Positions 8,603-18,936 of a stretch of DNA of 64,000 bases are shown in pieces. This stretch comes from an uncultured Pseudomonadales bacterium (GTDB lineage Bacteria; Patescibacteriota; Microgenomatia; UBA1400; UBA12028). The number at the start of each line of letters is the position of its first letter. The stretch's first letter is position 1. The notes beneath the pieces were generated by a model, which was not told where the DNA came from, ran no database searches, and saw nothing but the letters and a program-made list of their open reading frames with translations. The position numbers and the translations under genes were made by a program. Where the stretch lies: NCBI GenBank assembly GCA_964635905.1, contig CAZWPK010000003.1, forward strand, positions 66,459-130,458. The letters run 5' to 3'.

Positions 8603-11131
8603 ATGCCAGAAGTAAGAACAGCAGGCCAGGAATTATATGCTCACTTTCGACAAGGTGTTGATGTTTTTTCTGATGCGGTACAAATTAACACACTCAGAAA
8701 CGGGTGGCCGACTAACCTTACTAAAGACTATGGGACTGAAATTGACTTAATGGCGAACTTAGTAAGGCTTTATAGAATTAATCCGCAGAATAGACCAAGT
8801 GAAATTGAAGCTAAAACAATTATTGATCTGCGTGGTCGGGCTGAAGCCGACTTGACAGCAAAACGAGCGGAAGCATCTCATGAAGCTGTAGCAGGCGCTG
8901 ATGACGACACGATTGAAATTCATCAGCTTTATATAAGTGAATTAGAAAACTTTCTCCGATATATAAATGCAATTATTTCAAAATTAGATTTAGCCGCTTC
9001 GATTCAACGCGCTAGGCCAACTGTAGAGGAAAGACGAGGTATTGATCCCGATGCTATTTGGGACTCTTATGCAAAATGGAAAAAGCTTGCACAAGAAAAT
9101 GAAGACACAGCTTCTCCAGATGTGGTTGATAGGGTAGAACGTGCTTTATTAAACTATGCAATGGGTGTTTTGGTTACCAATTTCTGGGAAAGTTGGAATG
9201 ATGAAAAGAAGTTTTCGGATGTGATGAAGCTTCCTGTAGGTAAAGACCAGGTCGGTGGGCGAGATATTACAATTGCGGAACTTATAGACAATCATCCACC
9301 CGGTCCTTCCTCCGGTCCAGGTAGTGAAAAATTGATGCGTGAACGTCTTCAAGTGATTATAAAATCCTTTCAAGGTGGAGTGCATTTTAATGAGATGGCG
9401 AAGAGTGATAACACCCATAAGGATTCCGTAGAGCATCTTCAACATTGGATGTTTAATGGAGACGATTGGGAACAGTTAATGTCGATTCCAGCACTCGCTC
9501 CCGGAGAAAAGGATTTAGGTGATGTTGCGGGCGAAGCAATAGGAATTCTTGGAAGTTGGAATTCAAAGTTTATCAAAACCACTGTTGTTGAAAGAGATGT
9601 AATTGCTGCTCAAGTTGATGCAGAGATTGCAAGTGGAAGAATCCGACTTCCCGGTCGAAAAGAACTAGAAGCAGCACTTCATCAATATGAAAGTCAAAAA
9701 GAAAAAACTTTTTCAGGTATTTCCTTTAGAGATGCTGGTGGCTTAGATGCTAAAACTATTCTGTTCTTATACAACAACGTAGCCAGAAAAGATTACGCAA
9801 GATTTGCAAGTGCTTTTTCTATTGAAATTCAAAAGCCCAGAGTAAAAGCCAAAGAAAAAGTGCGTCAAGAAAAATTTGGTTTATTTCCTTTACGAAAATA
9901 TGGGGAAAGTCCACGTAGAGATGAAAGTGGACACATTGTAAAAAATTTAGAAATGTATATCCCTCATGTCACAATCGCTGTTGGTTGTTATCAATTGGGT
10001 CTGGGTGAATATGAAATCATTCGTAGAGAGCACCCAGTGGGAAGCGGAACTGAGACTTTAGGGATTAAATTCACTGACGCAGCTGGTGTCGTGCGCTTAC
10101 TTACCCCCGAAGAGAAAGAGAAAGCTTTGGCAAAAGGGAAAGCAGCGATGTTACTAGGGTTTCATACTTATCAAGCAAATGGCGGTCCGATTGGTGACGA
10201 TAATGTGGAGCGAAAATCAAATATCACTGCTGTTAGACTTTACGATACTGCTCAGTACCGCCTGAACTACGCTTCAACAGGAAGAGAAGGTAGATTTAAT
10301 TTAGGATATGTAAAGCGACTAAATGTTCACCCTCTAGATTACATGGCTGCGAATGGGAAATCCATTCGAAGATTAATGGCAGATAGGACTCATCGTCAAC
10401 ATGCTGATTATAAGCTGATGGGTGATATTCTTCATGCTCAAGTGGTTGAAGACTATAGTTTTGCAGAGAAAATGTATGCAGGTTATACAGGTGGATTGGA
10501 TGATGCCATAGATAATTTTGACATCATGAAGTTGGTTACTCTAGAACGTCCAAATCAGTTCTTCTCTTTAACAGAGTACATCAATATTGATGACAATGGT
10601 TTAACTGCTTTAAAGAAATTTGTTACTCAGAAGATTGGATATCTTGTTGATCGGAATATGGTAATTGGAAGGGAGGATGCCATTCGAAGTGGCTACTTTG
10701 ATGATAAAGTTTGGGAGAAAATTGTCGAAGTAAAACCTGGCGAGTGGGTCTTTAGTCCGTTACCTTCCATGTTAGCCATGACCGCAGAAGACAAAGTTAA
10801 GTTTAATGAAGATATTAAAAAATTTGGGTTTAAGTCAGCAATGATCAAAGCATTTCTTACTCCTATGTTGATAGAAACATTAATGAGAGTAGGTAGGAGA
10901 GAAGTTGAACCCTACTGGATACAAGGGCTAGTATACATTCTTTCGGGTGAAGATCCGGAGTCTAGGTACGCTATTCGAAATAAAGATAACCTAACGGCTG
11001 CACTTTCCACATCGGATGAAGGTGTTGCGTTTAACTACACATCACCCGAGGTATACAGCATGATTGCTACAGCAGCAAAGGAAGTAAAAGGTGGATTAGA
11101 GGTGTTCTTGAGTCAGCAGGGTGGTCATTAG
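8603..11131 (+). CDS. Large cytoplasmic hypothetical protein (about 842 aa)
   Basis: Long ORF; start placed at ATG 8603, 9 nt after extended -10 TGCTATAAT (8585-8593); ends ...SQQGGH. Confidence 0.8.
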   Translation: MPEVRTAGQELYAHFRQGVDVFSDAVQINTLRNGWPTNLTKDYGTEIDLMANLVRLYRINPQNRPSEIEAKTIIDLRGRAEADLTAKRAEASHEAVAGADDDTIEIHQLYISELENFLRYINAIISKLDLAASIQRARPTVEERRGIDPDAIWDSYAKWKKLAQENEDTASPDVVDRVERALLNYAMGVLVTNFWESWNDEKKFSDVMKLPVGKDQVGGRDITIAELIDNHPPGPSSGPGSEKLMRERLQVIIKSFQGGVHFNEMAKSDNTHKDSVEHLQHWMFNGDDWEQLMSIPALAPGEKDLGDVAGEAIGILGSWNSKFIKTTVVERDVIAAQVDAEIASGRIRLPGRKELEAALHQYESQKEKTFSGISFRDAGGLDAKTILFLYNNVARKDYARFASAFSIEIQKPRVKAKEKVRQEKFGLFPLRKYGESPRRDESGHIVKNLEMYIPHVTIAVGCYQLGLGEYEIIRREHPVGSGTETLGIKFTDAAGVVRLLTPEEKEKALAKGKAAMLLGFHTYQANGGPIGDDNVERKSNITAVRLYDTAQYRLNYASTGREGRFNLGYVKRLNVHPLDYMAANGKSIRRLMADRTHRQHADYKLMGDILHAQVVEDYSFAEKMYAGYTGGLDDAIDNFDIMKLVTLERPNQFFSLTEYINIDDNGLTALKKFVTQKIGYLVDRNMVIGREDAIRSGYFDDKVWEKIVEVKPGEWVFSPLPSMLAMTAEDKVKFNEDIKKFGFKSAMIKAFLTPMLIETLMRVGRREVEPYWIQGLVYILSGEDPESRYAIRNKDNLTAALSTSDEGVAFNYTSPEVYSMIATAAKEVKGGLEVFLSQQGGH

Positions 11132-11343
11132 TTTTCACTATCAGGTTCACTTGTCCCGTTTCCCCCAGCAGGAGAACTGCTTGGATTGTTTTCCTGTCTA
11201 AAAATCTTTTCTCGTTCAGAGGATGAACTTCTTGCATTCTGAATTCCTCTACCAATATGTACGATTAATTTCAATGCTGCTTGAAGATCCACAATTTTCC
11301 CAAACGGATTGGAATTTTCTTTCATAAAATAGATTCTGGGAGA

Positions 11344-13125
11344 TTAGTTTTCACTTGTACTGCCAGTGCTGCCGTTGCCACCTGCTGCGCTAGTGTCAGT
11401 ATTTTCGGCCTCTTTAATTTTGCCTCGAGTCTCAATATTTGTTTTTGCTTCACGAAGACCTTTTCCAAGTTCTTGTGTTGATTTTAGATCTCTTTGGAGA
11501 TGACCGACTGTCGATAATGCTTTTTGTGCATAACCAAGACCGCCACCAACAATTGCTGCTCCGCCGGCTCCTACACCAAGACCACGAGCTGCATCTCTAC
11601 GGATAGTTTGCCATCGCTGACCAGCTGGAGCCTTTCGTGCATTCAACGCTCCTACTGCAGCGCCGCCCGCTAATCCAACACCAGCGCCAATTCCGAGTGC
11701 ACCAATTGCGCCACCCAATCGACCTTGTTTAGCAAAGTCTCCAATCGCTTTACCTGCATCGATATTAAACTTCCCAGAAGCTAACTGTTTGGCAATTTCC
11801 ATGGCTTGAGGGAGCATCGCCAGTAAGCCGAACTTTAGGAAGGCAAGAGCCATGGTTGCTCCAACTCCTTGGTTGGAACCAATCTGAAGTGGAGAAAATC
11901 CTCCAATCCCAGCTTCGCCAGCTGAGTTAAAATCAGGATGATAGGTAAAGTAATTAGCAATCAGGATAAAGAAGATAACGGTAGGGAAGACTAACAAGTT
12001 AGACAAAATACCTTGTATCCAGGCTCCAAAGGTGTTTTGCCCAGGCATTGCTCCAATTAACAGCTGAATAGGAGCAAAGATTACCGAGAAGAATAGACCC
12101 GCATAGGCTTTCAGCAGCCCAAAGAAGATTCTAAATAGGTTGACAAGTAATGCAACCGCAATGACCAGGAACATAATGAGGCCTGCACCAATACCGACTA
12201 CTTGTGAGATTGCTTCACTTTGCTGCAGGCTTCCCATGATATCTGCAACCATTTCAGCGAAATTAGAGGCAACGTTATTAGCAACGCTAGTAAATAGGTT
12301 GGCCCCATTTTCGAAAATACTTCGTTGGAAAGCAATTTGACTTAAGTTTGACCAGGCAAGCTGGTTATCAATTGAGTTAGGAGTAGAAAAGACACCAATC
12401 ATTAAGTAGATTGCCAAATACATGATTTCGATCATAAAACCGGCGATTGCATACGAGAAGGTAATTAACAACAGTGACACAACCATCTTCGGTAATGCTT
12501 GTTGAATGGTTATGGCTGTCTTGCCGCCTTCTTTCCGTAAAGCAATCATGACGCCTACGATTAAGAACAGGATCACAAAAAAGAAATATGCTAAGTTGCG
12601 GAACAATCGCCACAAGTTTAATACGGGACGGAGCGAGGAAAATCCTAGTCCTTGTGCATAGGCTGGAGTTGCCCCAAACGGATTTTGAATACTTTCTTTT
12701 ACATAGGCAATATATTCGGTTCCTGTAGCAGGAGGAATATACATTTTTGAAGAATAATCGATCACAGTACCCATAGCACCAGGGGAATATGAGAGATATT
12801 GCTCTCCTTTACGAGGTACACCAACTCGGGCATTGCCATTAGCATCTACGGTGATAAAAGTAAGACTATTTGCTACATCTGAACCTATTGCTCCCGTGAT
12901 GTATTTTGAAGCAAAAGCCTGAACATTTTGTTCGTTAGTGGTAGATTCTTGCCTAATGGCATCTATTTGTTCTTGTTGAATAGGGGTTAGTGCTTTTGAG
13001 AGTGTGCTTGTTGCATACAAAACTCCCGCAATGAGGAAGAACACAATTGCAAGATGATTATTGACCTTCTTATATGCCTGATAGAATCGGCCAAAAGTTT
13101 GCTTTGAAAAAGAAACGACTTGCAT
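11344..13125 (-). CDS. VirB6/TrbL-like polytopic membrane protein of a CPR T4SS-like locus
   Basis: About 7-8 hydrophobic segments, LWRLFRNLAY and ALPKMVVSLLLITFSYAIAG motifs, Gly-rich cytoplasmic tail; start ATG 13125 lies 6 nt after TACAAT. Confidence 0.65.
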   Translation of the reverse strand: MQVVSFSKQTFGRFYQAYKKVNNHLAIVFFLIAGVLYATSTLSKALTPIQQEQIDAIRQESTTNEQNVQAFASKYITGAIGSDVANSLTFITVDANGNARVGVPRKGEQYLSYSPGAMGTVIDYSSKMYIPPATGTEYIAYVKESIQNPFGATPAYAQGLGFSSLRPVLNLWRLFRNLAYFFFVILFLIVGVMIALRKEGGKTAITIQQALPKMVVSLLLITFSYAIAGFMIEIMYLAIYLMIGVFSTPNSIDNQLAWSNLSQIAFQRSIFENGANLFTSVANNVASNFAEMVADIMGSLQQSEAISQVVGIGAGLIMFLVIAVALLVNLFRIFFGLLKAYAGLFFSVIFAPIQLLIGAMPGQNTFGAWIQGILSNLLVFPTVIFFILIANYFTYHPDFNSAGEAGIGGFSPLQIGSNQGVGATMALAFLKFGLLAMLPQAMEIAKQLASGKFNIDAGKAIGDFAKQGRLGGAIGALGIGAGVGLAGGAAVGALNARKAPAGQRWQTIRRDAARGLGVGAGGAAIVGGGLGYAQKALSTVGHLQRDLKSTQELGKGLREAKTNIETRGKIKEAENTDTSAAGGNGSTGSTSEN

Positions 13126-13168
13126 AGCTATATTGTACACTGCCATATTTTTGTCGTAAACGTTAGGT

Positions 13169-16100
13169 TTATTGCCCACAAACACTGGCTTCAGTGATTG
13201 TGGCAAACTGACTAGACATTAACTGTGCACACTGACAGTAATTCCGACTTCCACAACCCTGGACTGCTGGCGATTTTCCTACTACTACGCCTCCGCACAG
13301 TTGACCTGCTACGTTTCCACTAGTATCGATCTGAATACGTTTTGTCTCATTACAGCCACCCGCAGAATACTGGTCGGTTGATAAGCAAAGTCCATGGTAG
13401 GCACCAGCTGCCACATACCAGCGGGCAATTCCTTCTACATCGCGGATGTTTGCCAGGTTATAGCGTTGTTTAAGCAACCGAGCTGCGCCTGTAAGTGACG
13501 CTTCCAGTTCACAGGGGTTTCCGCTCACACCTAAATTTGCCCAGACATCGACAACAGCTGCACTGCTACAGGTTTTTGAAAGAATTTGCATAGGACCGGT
13601 GGCACCCACAGAGTTAATGGTGCACGCAATCGTACTTGTGGGTTGAGAATTTGGTGCATTACAAACGGCCGTGATGGTGCCTGCACCTTCAATACGTAAA
13701 AGCCCCCACAATATTTCAGGTGGGACGCCCTCACTGCTTGCTACTGTCTGAATAATCTGCTTTAAGCCATTTCCAGTGGAAGTGTTGGTGATAAAAGAAG
13801 GAATGACGGTGGTACGACAGGCGATTGGTCCTTCCGTAGGCCCAGGGGCTTCTTCTTCCATTCCTTTTGTACAGGCTGCTGGACCTTCTTTTAGGACGGA
13901 TTCAAAGCCAGGATAGGGGGCAGTAGGAACATTGGAATTAGGTCTTCCAATATTACAGATGATTTCCCAGAGCGAACGAGCAAGTTTGCCACCAGGTGTA
14001 ACAGGATTTGCATCAAACTGATTGGTATCGGGACCAACGATTTTCCCTCGCAAACGAATAAGCTCTCCGGATCGAGTTGCAGCGGGTAGTGAAGTTGGAC
14101 CAGCAGTTGCAGCAACGGGTCCAGAATTATACTGAATTCCAATTGGACCACTTTCGGTAGGAGGGGAGGCAATCGCGAAAGAATTGTCGCTTAGTTGTAA
14201 ATATCGAAAACCAACAAATTGATTTTTTTGACGTAATCGATCTTCTTGGGCTTTTGTTAATACCCAAAACTTATTTTGTTGTTGTTCTAAGGGTAAGAAA
14301 CGATCGACCATTTTATTTTCATAGGCTTGTAAATTCCGAAACTCTTCTGGGAGCAGGAAATAGGTTCGAATTCTAGCTTCTGAGCCTCGAGGAGACTGTT
14401 TTGCAGTCAGAACGGTTTGAAGTCTGATCTGAACCTCCGAGACAGGGTCTAAGGTTCCACCAGGGTTAATAATCTGTTTTCGTTCTGACGCTTTTTCACC
14501 AGTGATATCGGTGATACCTGCACATGACTGGCTATATTCTGGATGAATTCTGGTAGGAAAGGTTTCGGCATTGATTCTGCGAACAATAATCGATTCAAGA
14601 CTGTCGGCATCAGGACCCATGCAGTCTACACATTGTATGGTCGCTCCACTGTCGGAAGGATATTTCATTGAGTCTTGTGCAGAGCGATTGATCACGGTTT
14701 CGATTTCTTGCTTTTTTTCATCGGAGATAATTTTTTGCTCCTCTTTACCAAAGATGGAATGCATGGTTTGAATAAACCCACCATTGTAGGTAGGGAATGG
14801 GTCTCCACCACTTGGATTCTTTAACTCTGCAAATCCAGCTGGAACATAGACTTTGGTGATCCGAATTAACGATTTCAAGCGTTGTTCCGCATTGGTGTTG
14901 GTCAGGCCATTGGCTGCCCAGGGGGAGAACCATTTCTGGAAACGATCAAAGGTTGTGGGTACTCCACTTTCGGTGCGATCGGGTGTATCGACATATTGCA
15001 CGATATACGCGGGCTTAAATCCTCTGTGCGTTGTCGGTTCGACTTTACTAAACGCTTCTTCAACAGACTTCCCAAGTCTTGGTGTTTGCTGTGCACAACT
15101 ATACGTGCCAGGAATTTCACTTAAAACTTGCAAATAGGTCTTCCCAGTGCCAGGGATCTCAACATCGAGAGCACATCGACCAGTATCGGTAAGTTCAACG
15201 AGGGAGGAGTTATTAATCGGTGTGGGGGAGGTGCGTGGCATAGTACATAAGGACTGGATCGCACGAAGGAACTGCAGTTTTGTTTCGCACTGTTGTTCTC
15301 TTGAGGAGAGCTTTTTCACGACCCCGTTTGCAAAGGGGCCAACAATATCTTGAATTCCTTCTGCCTGGCTAAAGGGAGCATTATAAAAGCCTTCTAAATC
15401 ATCCAATCGTCGTTTGGGATCTGTGGGACGCGGGGTATCGGCGGATTCGAAGCGAAGTAGCGGTAAGGTGGTTCGCTGATTGTTGATAAGAACAGTTGCA
15501 GTAATTCCAGAGACTCTACATCCGGAGTTTCCATTTGGACATTGGCCATCAATAAAACTGTAGTAGTTGCTAGCAGGATTACTATCCACTTTATCTTCGT
15601 TTTCTAAACCACCGGTAAACTCCATGACACTTCCACAGGTATACATGTAGCGCGCAGCCATTGCTCTTTTCTCGGCGACTGTGGGTTGATCATCGATCCC
15701 AGGATAGATAAACGAGGCGGATTGATTTCGGGAACAGTCATTAAGTACCTCCGCACCGGTGCTGTCATAGGCTTTACCATACACATAAAATAGCCAGTCG
15801 CGTTTGGTAACATTACTATTCTTACAGGGGTCAATAATGAGGGCGGTGGCAGTCTCGACTCCTGACGGGAGCTTCACGGTATCCAGAAATTCCACTTGAT
15901 CTTGGATTGAGGGAGGGGGTTGGGTATTTGGGTTTACTCCAACTCCTCCAAAGTGGACAACTTTTTTCCCCGGGCACATGTCTGTTTCTACGATTCGCCA
16001 TGCATCCAATCCAGAGATTCCAGCAACTCGAGTAGGAATTCCATCAAAGACATTGGCAACTAGTACATCTGCGCCAGCACAAGCTCCACTCGCTCGAAAG

Positions 16101-16687
16101 GCTTGCATCCAGGGAACAGGATCCCAGTCTCCGTTATATAAATCGGGGGGTGCGGGAGCGATCCGATAATGTGAATCACTTCCAATTGCAGCGGTAAATA
16201 CTTTGAACTGTTGAGCATAACGAACTCCTGCTGCACGGGTATCTGTTAAACCTTGATATTCTAATGTTAAGTTATTGAGTTCATTTCCAAGGTACACGAT
16301 TGTTCCCTGGGGAAAGGCTCCCTTGTTTGCAAGCAAGCTTTGTGCATAGGTAGTAAAGACGCTGTCGGGAGTGTTTGGTCCAAAGTCCACGACACGGATA
16401 ACAATTTTGCGATTGGCAGGCTGGGGGATTGGATTGTACGCCGGTCCTCCTAGAGCATTGGCGATCTGAACAACCCCTGTGTATTGTTGAGGCTCAATGA
16501 GGTATCGGTAGAGATCTTCTTGTGCTATTTGGATGTAGCCGGCACCGGCTACTTCAGGACCAACATCTTCACGTCGTACCCCGCTGGTTTGAGCGTATGT
16601 TGTTGAAGCGCTTACCAGTAACAAACCGATAGCCACACTCAAACACAATACAAAAAACTTCCAACAATTTTGGAGCCTAAACACCAT
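13169..16687 (-). CDS. Secreted multidomain protein: N-terminal clan GH-A-like domain plus C-terminal lytic transglycosylase (SLT)-like domain
   Basis: Signal peptide ending TYAQ; VYLGNELNN acid/base-like motif; GVPPEILWGLLRIEG...NSVGATGPMQI...AARLL...AAGAYH SLT signature; start 6 nt after TATACT. Confidence 0.7.
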   Translation of the reverse strand: MVFRLQNCWKFFVLCLSVAIGLLLVSASTTYAQTSGVRREDVGPEVAGAGYIQIAQEDLYRYLIEPQQYTGVVQIANALGGPAYNPIPQPANRKIVIRVVDFGPNTPDSVFTTYAQSLLANKGAFPQGTIVYLGNELNNLTLEYQGLTDTRAAGVRYAQQFKVFTAAIGSDSHYRIAPAPPDLYNGDWDPVPWMQAFRASGACAGADVLVANVFDGIPTRVAGISGLDAWRIVETDMCPGKKVVHFGGVGVNPNTQPPPSIQDQVEFLDTVKLPSGVETATALIIDPCKNSNVTKRDWLFYVYGKAYDSTGAEVLNDCSRNQSASFIYPGIDDQPTVAEKRAMAARYMYTCGSVMEFTGGLENEDKVDSNPASNYYSFIDGQCPNGNSGCRVSGITATVLINNQRTTLPLLRFESADTPRPTDPKRRLDDLEGFYNAPFSQAEGIQDIVGPFANGVVKKLSSREQQCETKLQFLRAIQSLCTMPRTSPTPINNSSLVELTDTGRCALDVEIPGTGKTYLQVLSEIPGTYSCAQQTPRLGKSVEEAFSKVEPTTHRGFKPAYIVQYVDTPDRTESGVPTTFDRFQKWFSPWAANGLTNTNAEQRLKSLIRITKVYVPAGFAELKNPSGGDPFPTYNGGFIQTMHSIFGKEEQKIISDEKKQEIETVINRSAQDSMKYPSDSGATIQCVDCMGPDADSLESIIVRRINAETFPTRIHPEYSQSCAGITDITGEKASERKQIINPGGTLDPVSEVQIRLQTVLTAKQSPRGSEARIRTYFLLPEEFRNLQAYENKMVDRFLPLEQQQNKFWVLTKAQEDRLRQKNQFVGFRYLQLSDNSFAIASPPTESGPIGIQYNSGPVAATAGPTSLPAATRSGELIRLRGKIVGPDTNQFDANPVTPGGKLARSLWEIICNIGRPNSNVPTAPYPGFESVLKEGPAACTKGMEEEAPGPTEGPIACRTTVIPSFITNTSTGNGLKQIIQTVASSEGVPPEILWGLLRIEGAGTITAVCNAPNSQPTSTIACTINSVGATGPMQILSKTCSSAAVVDVWANLGVSGNPCELEASLTGAARLLKQRYNLANIRDVEGIARWYVAAGAYHGLCLSTDQYSAGGCNETKRIQIDTSGNVAGQLCGGVVVGKSPAVQGCGSRNYCQCAQLMSSQFATITEASVCGQ

Positions 16688-16711
16688 ACAGATAGTATAC
16701 AACGAAGGTCA

Positions 16712-17146
16712 TTAAGGAGAGCCAGGCAATTGTGTGTTGAATTGCAAAATGGTTTGCACCCCGGTAAAGTTCGCAATAAAACGCAGAATGAGGAACGATG
16801 CTAGAGCTACAACAATTCCTAGTATTGCGAAGGTAAGCGCATTCTTGCCACCTTCAACGCCTTTAGTGTTGCTGCCCGCAGTCAAGTACCGAAACGATCC
16901 CACTAAAAACATTACAAAGGCAGCAATTCCAATCATGGTAATCGCAACAGATAAGACATTAGCGACTAAGCATTCAATTCCTTCAAAAGTGGCGACATCA
17001 TTCTCGCTAGCAACGGTGGAATATCCGTGAACACAGCGATTATTAATCGAGCTCCAGGCACTTGTCTGAGCCGAAGCAGGTGGAGTGTTGAGAGAGAAAA
17101 AATAGAAGGCACTTGTTAATACAATCGCAATTACTTTAAATATCAT
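16712..17146 (-). CDS. VirB2/TrbC-type (T4SS) pilin
   Basis: Signal peptide ..ASAQ, TM-YLTAGSNTKGVEGGKNALTFAILG-TM. Confidence 0.8.
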   Translation of the reverse strand: MIFKVIAIVLTSAFYFFSLNTPPASAQTSAWSSINNRCVHGYSTVASENDVATFEGIECLVANVLSVAITMIGIAAFVMFLVGSFRYLTAGSNTKGVEGGKNALTFAILGIVVALASFLILRFIANFTGVQTILQFNTQLPGSP

Positions 17147-17186
17147 ACGTAAAAAGTGTTATTTATTGACCACTTCAAATTATACA

Positions 17187-18356
17187 CTACTGATGTACTG
17201 TTTGACGCCGAAGTCTTTTTCCTAACACCACTAACAGAGCCAGTAGATATAGCGTTGGTACAAAAGGGAAAACACTCGGATAGAAGGGAGAAAAGTAGGC
17301 TAACAGAAAAGTAAGATACCCAAGAAGAATAAAAACTCTGATTTGAAGGGTTTTCTCCTTCCGTAGGAAAAACAACGGGATGAGGAGTAAGACAGCATCA
17401 TGGACATGCACATGCACGCCGCACAGGAGAATGAGCGGAACGAGCATTGCAAAGACTGCACTACTAGGTGCCAACCATACTTTGTTTTTAACACTCCATA
17501 AGGCTGTGATAAGTGTGGTTAGTCCCGTTAAACCAAGCATCAACAGGGTCGGTTTCAAATTTGGAATCAAGCGATGAAGTTGCCATGCAAATCCCTGCCA
17601 AGAAATCATGGCTTCTTTGCTGTGTTCGGGCGAACTAGATGATACATAGGAGATAAATGTTCCAAAGAAGGTACGCACTTCGGTTCCAAGAATAAAAAAA
17701 GAAAGCAAACTGAGGAGAACTCCTCCGATCAGTAACCCTTTAAGAAATGGTCGTTTCTCTCGAAGCATCCAGTACAAAGTAACGAAAATGGCTATTTGAG
17801 GCTTGTACCAAAGCACGCTTGCCAACAACCCAGCCGTAAATGGCTTATTCTTCTGAATCCGGTTTTGAATTATTAAGAGTAATAAGAGACTAAGTAATGA
17901 AGACTGCCCATTTTTTAAGGTGACAAAGAATGGAATGAAGACGCTTGCCTCAAGGAGCAGTTGACTAAAAGAGAGTTTGATAGTGAATTCAGATTTGATC
18001 AGGTAGATGCAGGCAACAAACACGGCAAGATTAAAACTCACCCATATCCCGAATGCGATGTCGACCGGGAGCCAAGCAAGGGGAGCAAAAAGAAGTGCCA
18101 AATAGGGTGGATTAATAAAGGAGAGTGTATAGAACTTCTTTTCATCGACAGGGAAAAACTGTTTTTGAGTTAGTTCTTGTTGGTCGTTTGTATAGAGACT
18201 AGATGGAGTGGTTTGAAGAATATATCCAGAGCTGTAGAACACACGGAAATCAGAGTCGTAGAGATTTGTTTTAGACAGGAGAAAGGCAAGCCACCCAACC
18301 GTAGCAATCAACACGACTTTTAAATAGAGCTGAACTGCAGACACTGCCTGCTTCAT
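17187..18356 (-). CDS. GT87 / DUF2029 family membrane glycosyltransferase (GT-C fold)
   Basis: SDFRVFY, FINPP..ALLFAPLAWLP, NGQ, KPQ, H.HD motifs; about 11 TM segments. Confidence 0.8.
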   Translation of the reverse strand: MKQAVSAVQLYLKVVLIATVGWLAFLLSKTNLYDSDFRVFYSSGYILQTTPSSLYTNDQQELTQKQFFPVDEKKFYTLSFINPPYLALLFAPLAWLPVDIAFGIWVSFNLAVFVACIYLIKSEFTIKLSFSQLLLEASVFIPFFVTLKNGQSSLLSLLLLLIIQNRIQKNKPFTAGLLASVLWYKPQIAIFVTLYWMLREKRPFLKGLLIGGVLLSLLSFFILGTEVRTFFGTFISYVSSSSPEHSKEAMISWQGFAWQLHRLIPNLKPTLLMLGLTGLTTLITALWSVKNKVWLAPSSAVFAMLVPLILLCGVHVHVHDAVLLLIPLFFLRKEKTLQIRVFILLGYLTFLLAYFSPFYPSVFPFVPTLYLLALLVVLGKRLRRQTVHQ

Positions 18357-18376
18357 CACTCTATTCTCTCATAACA

Positions 18377-18402
18377 AAAACCCCCGCTTAAGCGGGGGTT
18401 TT
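18377..18402. terminator. Strong intrinsic terminator (perfect palindrome, bidirectional) downstream of pilin 18423-18827
   Basis: AAAACCCCCGCTTAAGCGGGGGTTTT. Confidence 0.85.
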
Positions 18403-18422
18403 ATCTGAGTCAATTTTGTTGA

Positions 18423-18827
18423 TTAGAAACCTTGTGGGATTTCAATCGATCCACCGACACTTGTTCCGAAGAATCGGTTAATCACGGCTGCGATTGCAAA
18501 TGCGGAGGCAACGATTGCAAGTCCGATAATTGCGTTCGTAATCTTTTGTCGTGCACTTTCAGTCTTTGATTTATCTCCACCTGCAGTGAGCCATTCGACT
18601 CCACCCCAGATTAAGTAGATAAAGACTAATAGTCCAACGATTCCTAAAATTAATCGGAGTGCTCCGTTAATTAAGGTTCCAATTTGCGTAATACGGAATC
18701 CTGCTTGACCTGCATCGACATCAATGGAGTCCTCATTTGGGACACCCGCTTGTGCCAAGATAGGGGTTACCGTTGCAAAAAATGTTGCTACAGCTGTAGT
18801 AACAGATGACAATACTTTTTTAGCCAT
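18423..18827 (-). CDS. VirB2/TrbC-type pilin, candidate major pilin
   Basis: WLTAGGDKSKTESARQKITNAIIGL motif; signal ending ILAQ; AGGAGA RBS, own TGGTATAAT promoter and terminator. Confidence 0.85.
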   Translation of the reverse strand: MAKKVLSSVTTAVATFFATVTPILAQAGVPNEDSIDVDAGQAGFRITQIGTLINGALRLILGIVGLLVFIYLIWGGVEWLTAGGDKSKTESARQKITNAIIGLAIVASAFAIAAVINRFFGTSVGGSIEIPQGF

Positions 18828-18936
18828 ATATTCTCCTATTAGTTTACTAATAGCTAGTATAACTATTATACCATAATACTAGGGAGATAACGGGTCAGAG
18901 TCAAGAGAGAACTTACGAAGTATTAGAAGTACTTCT

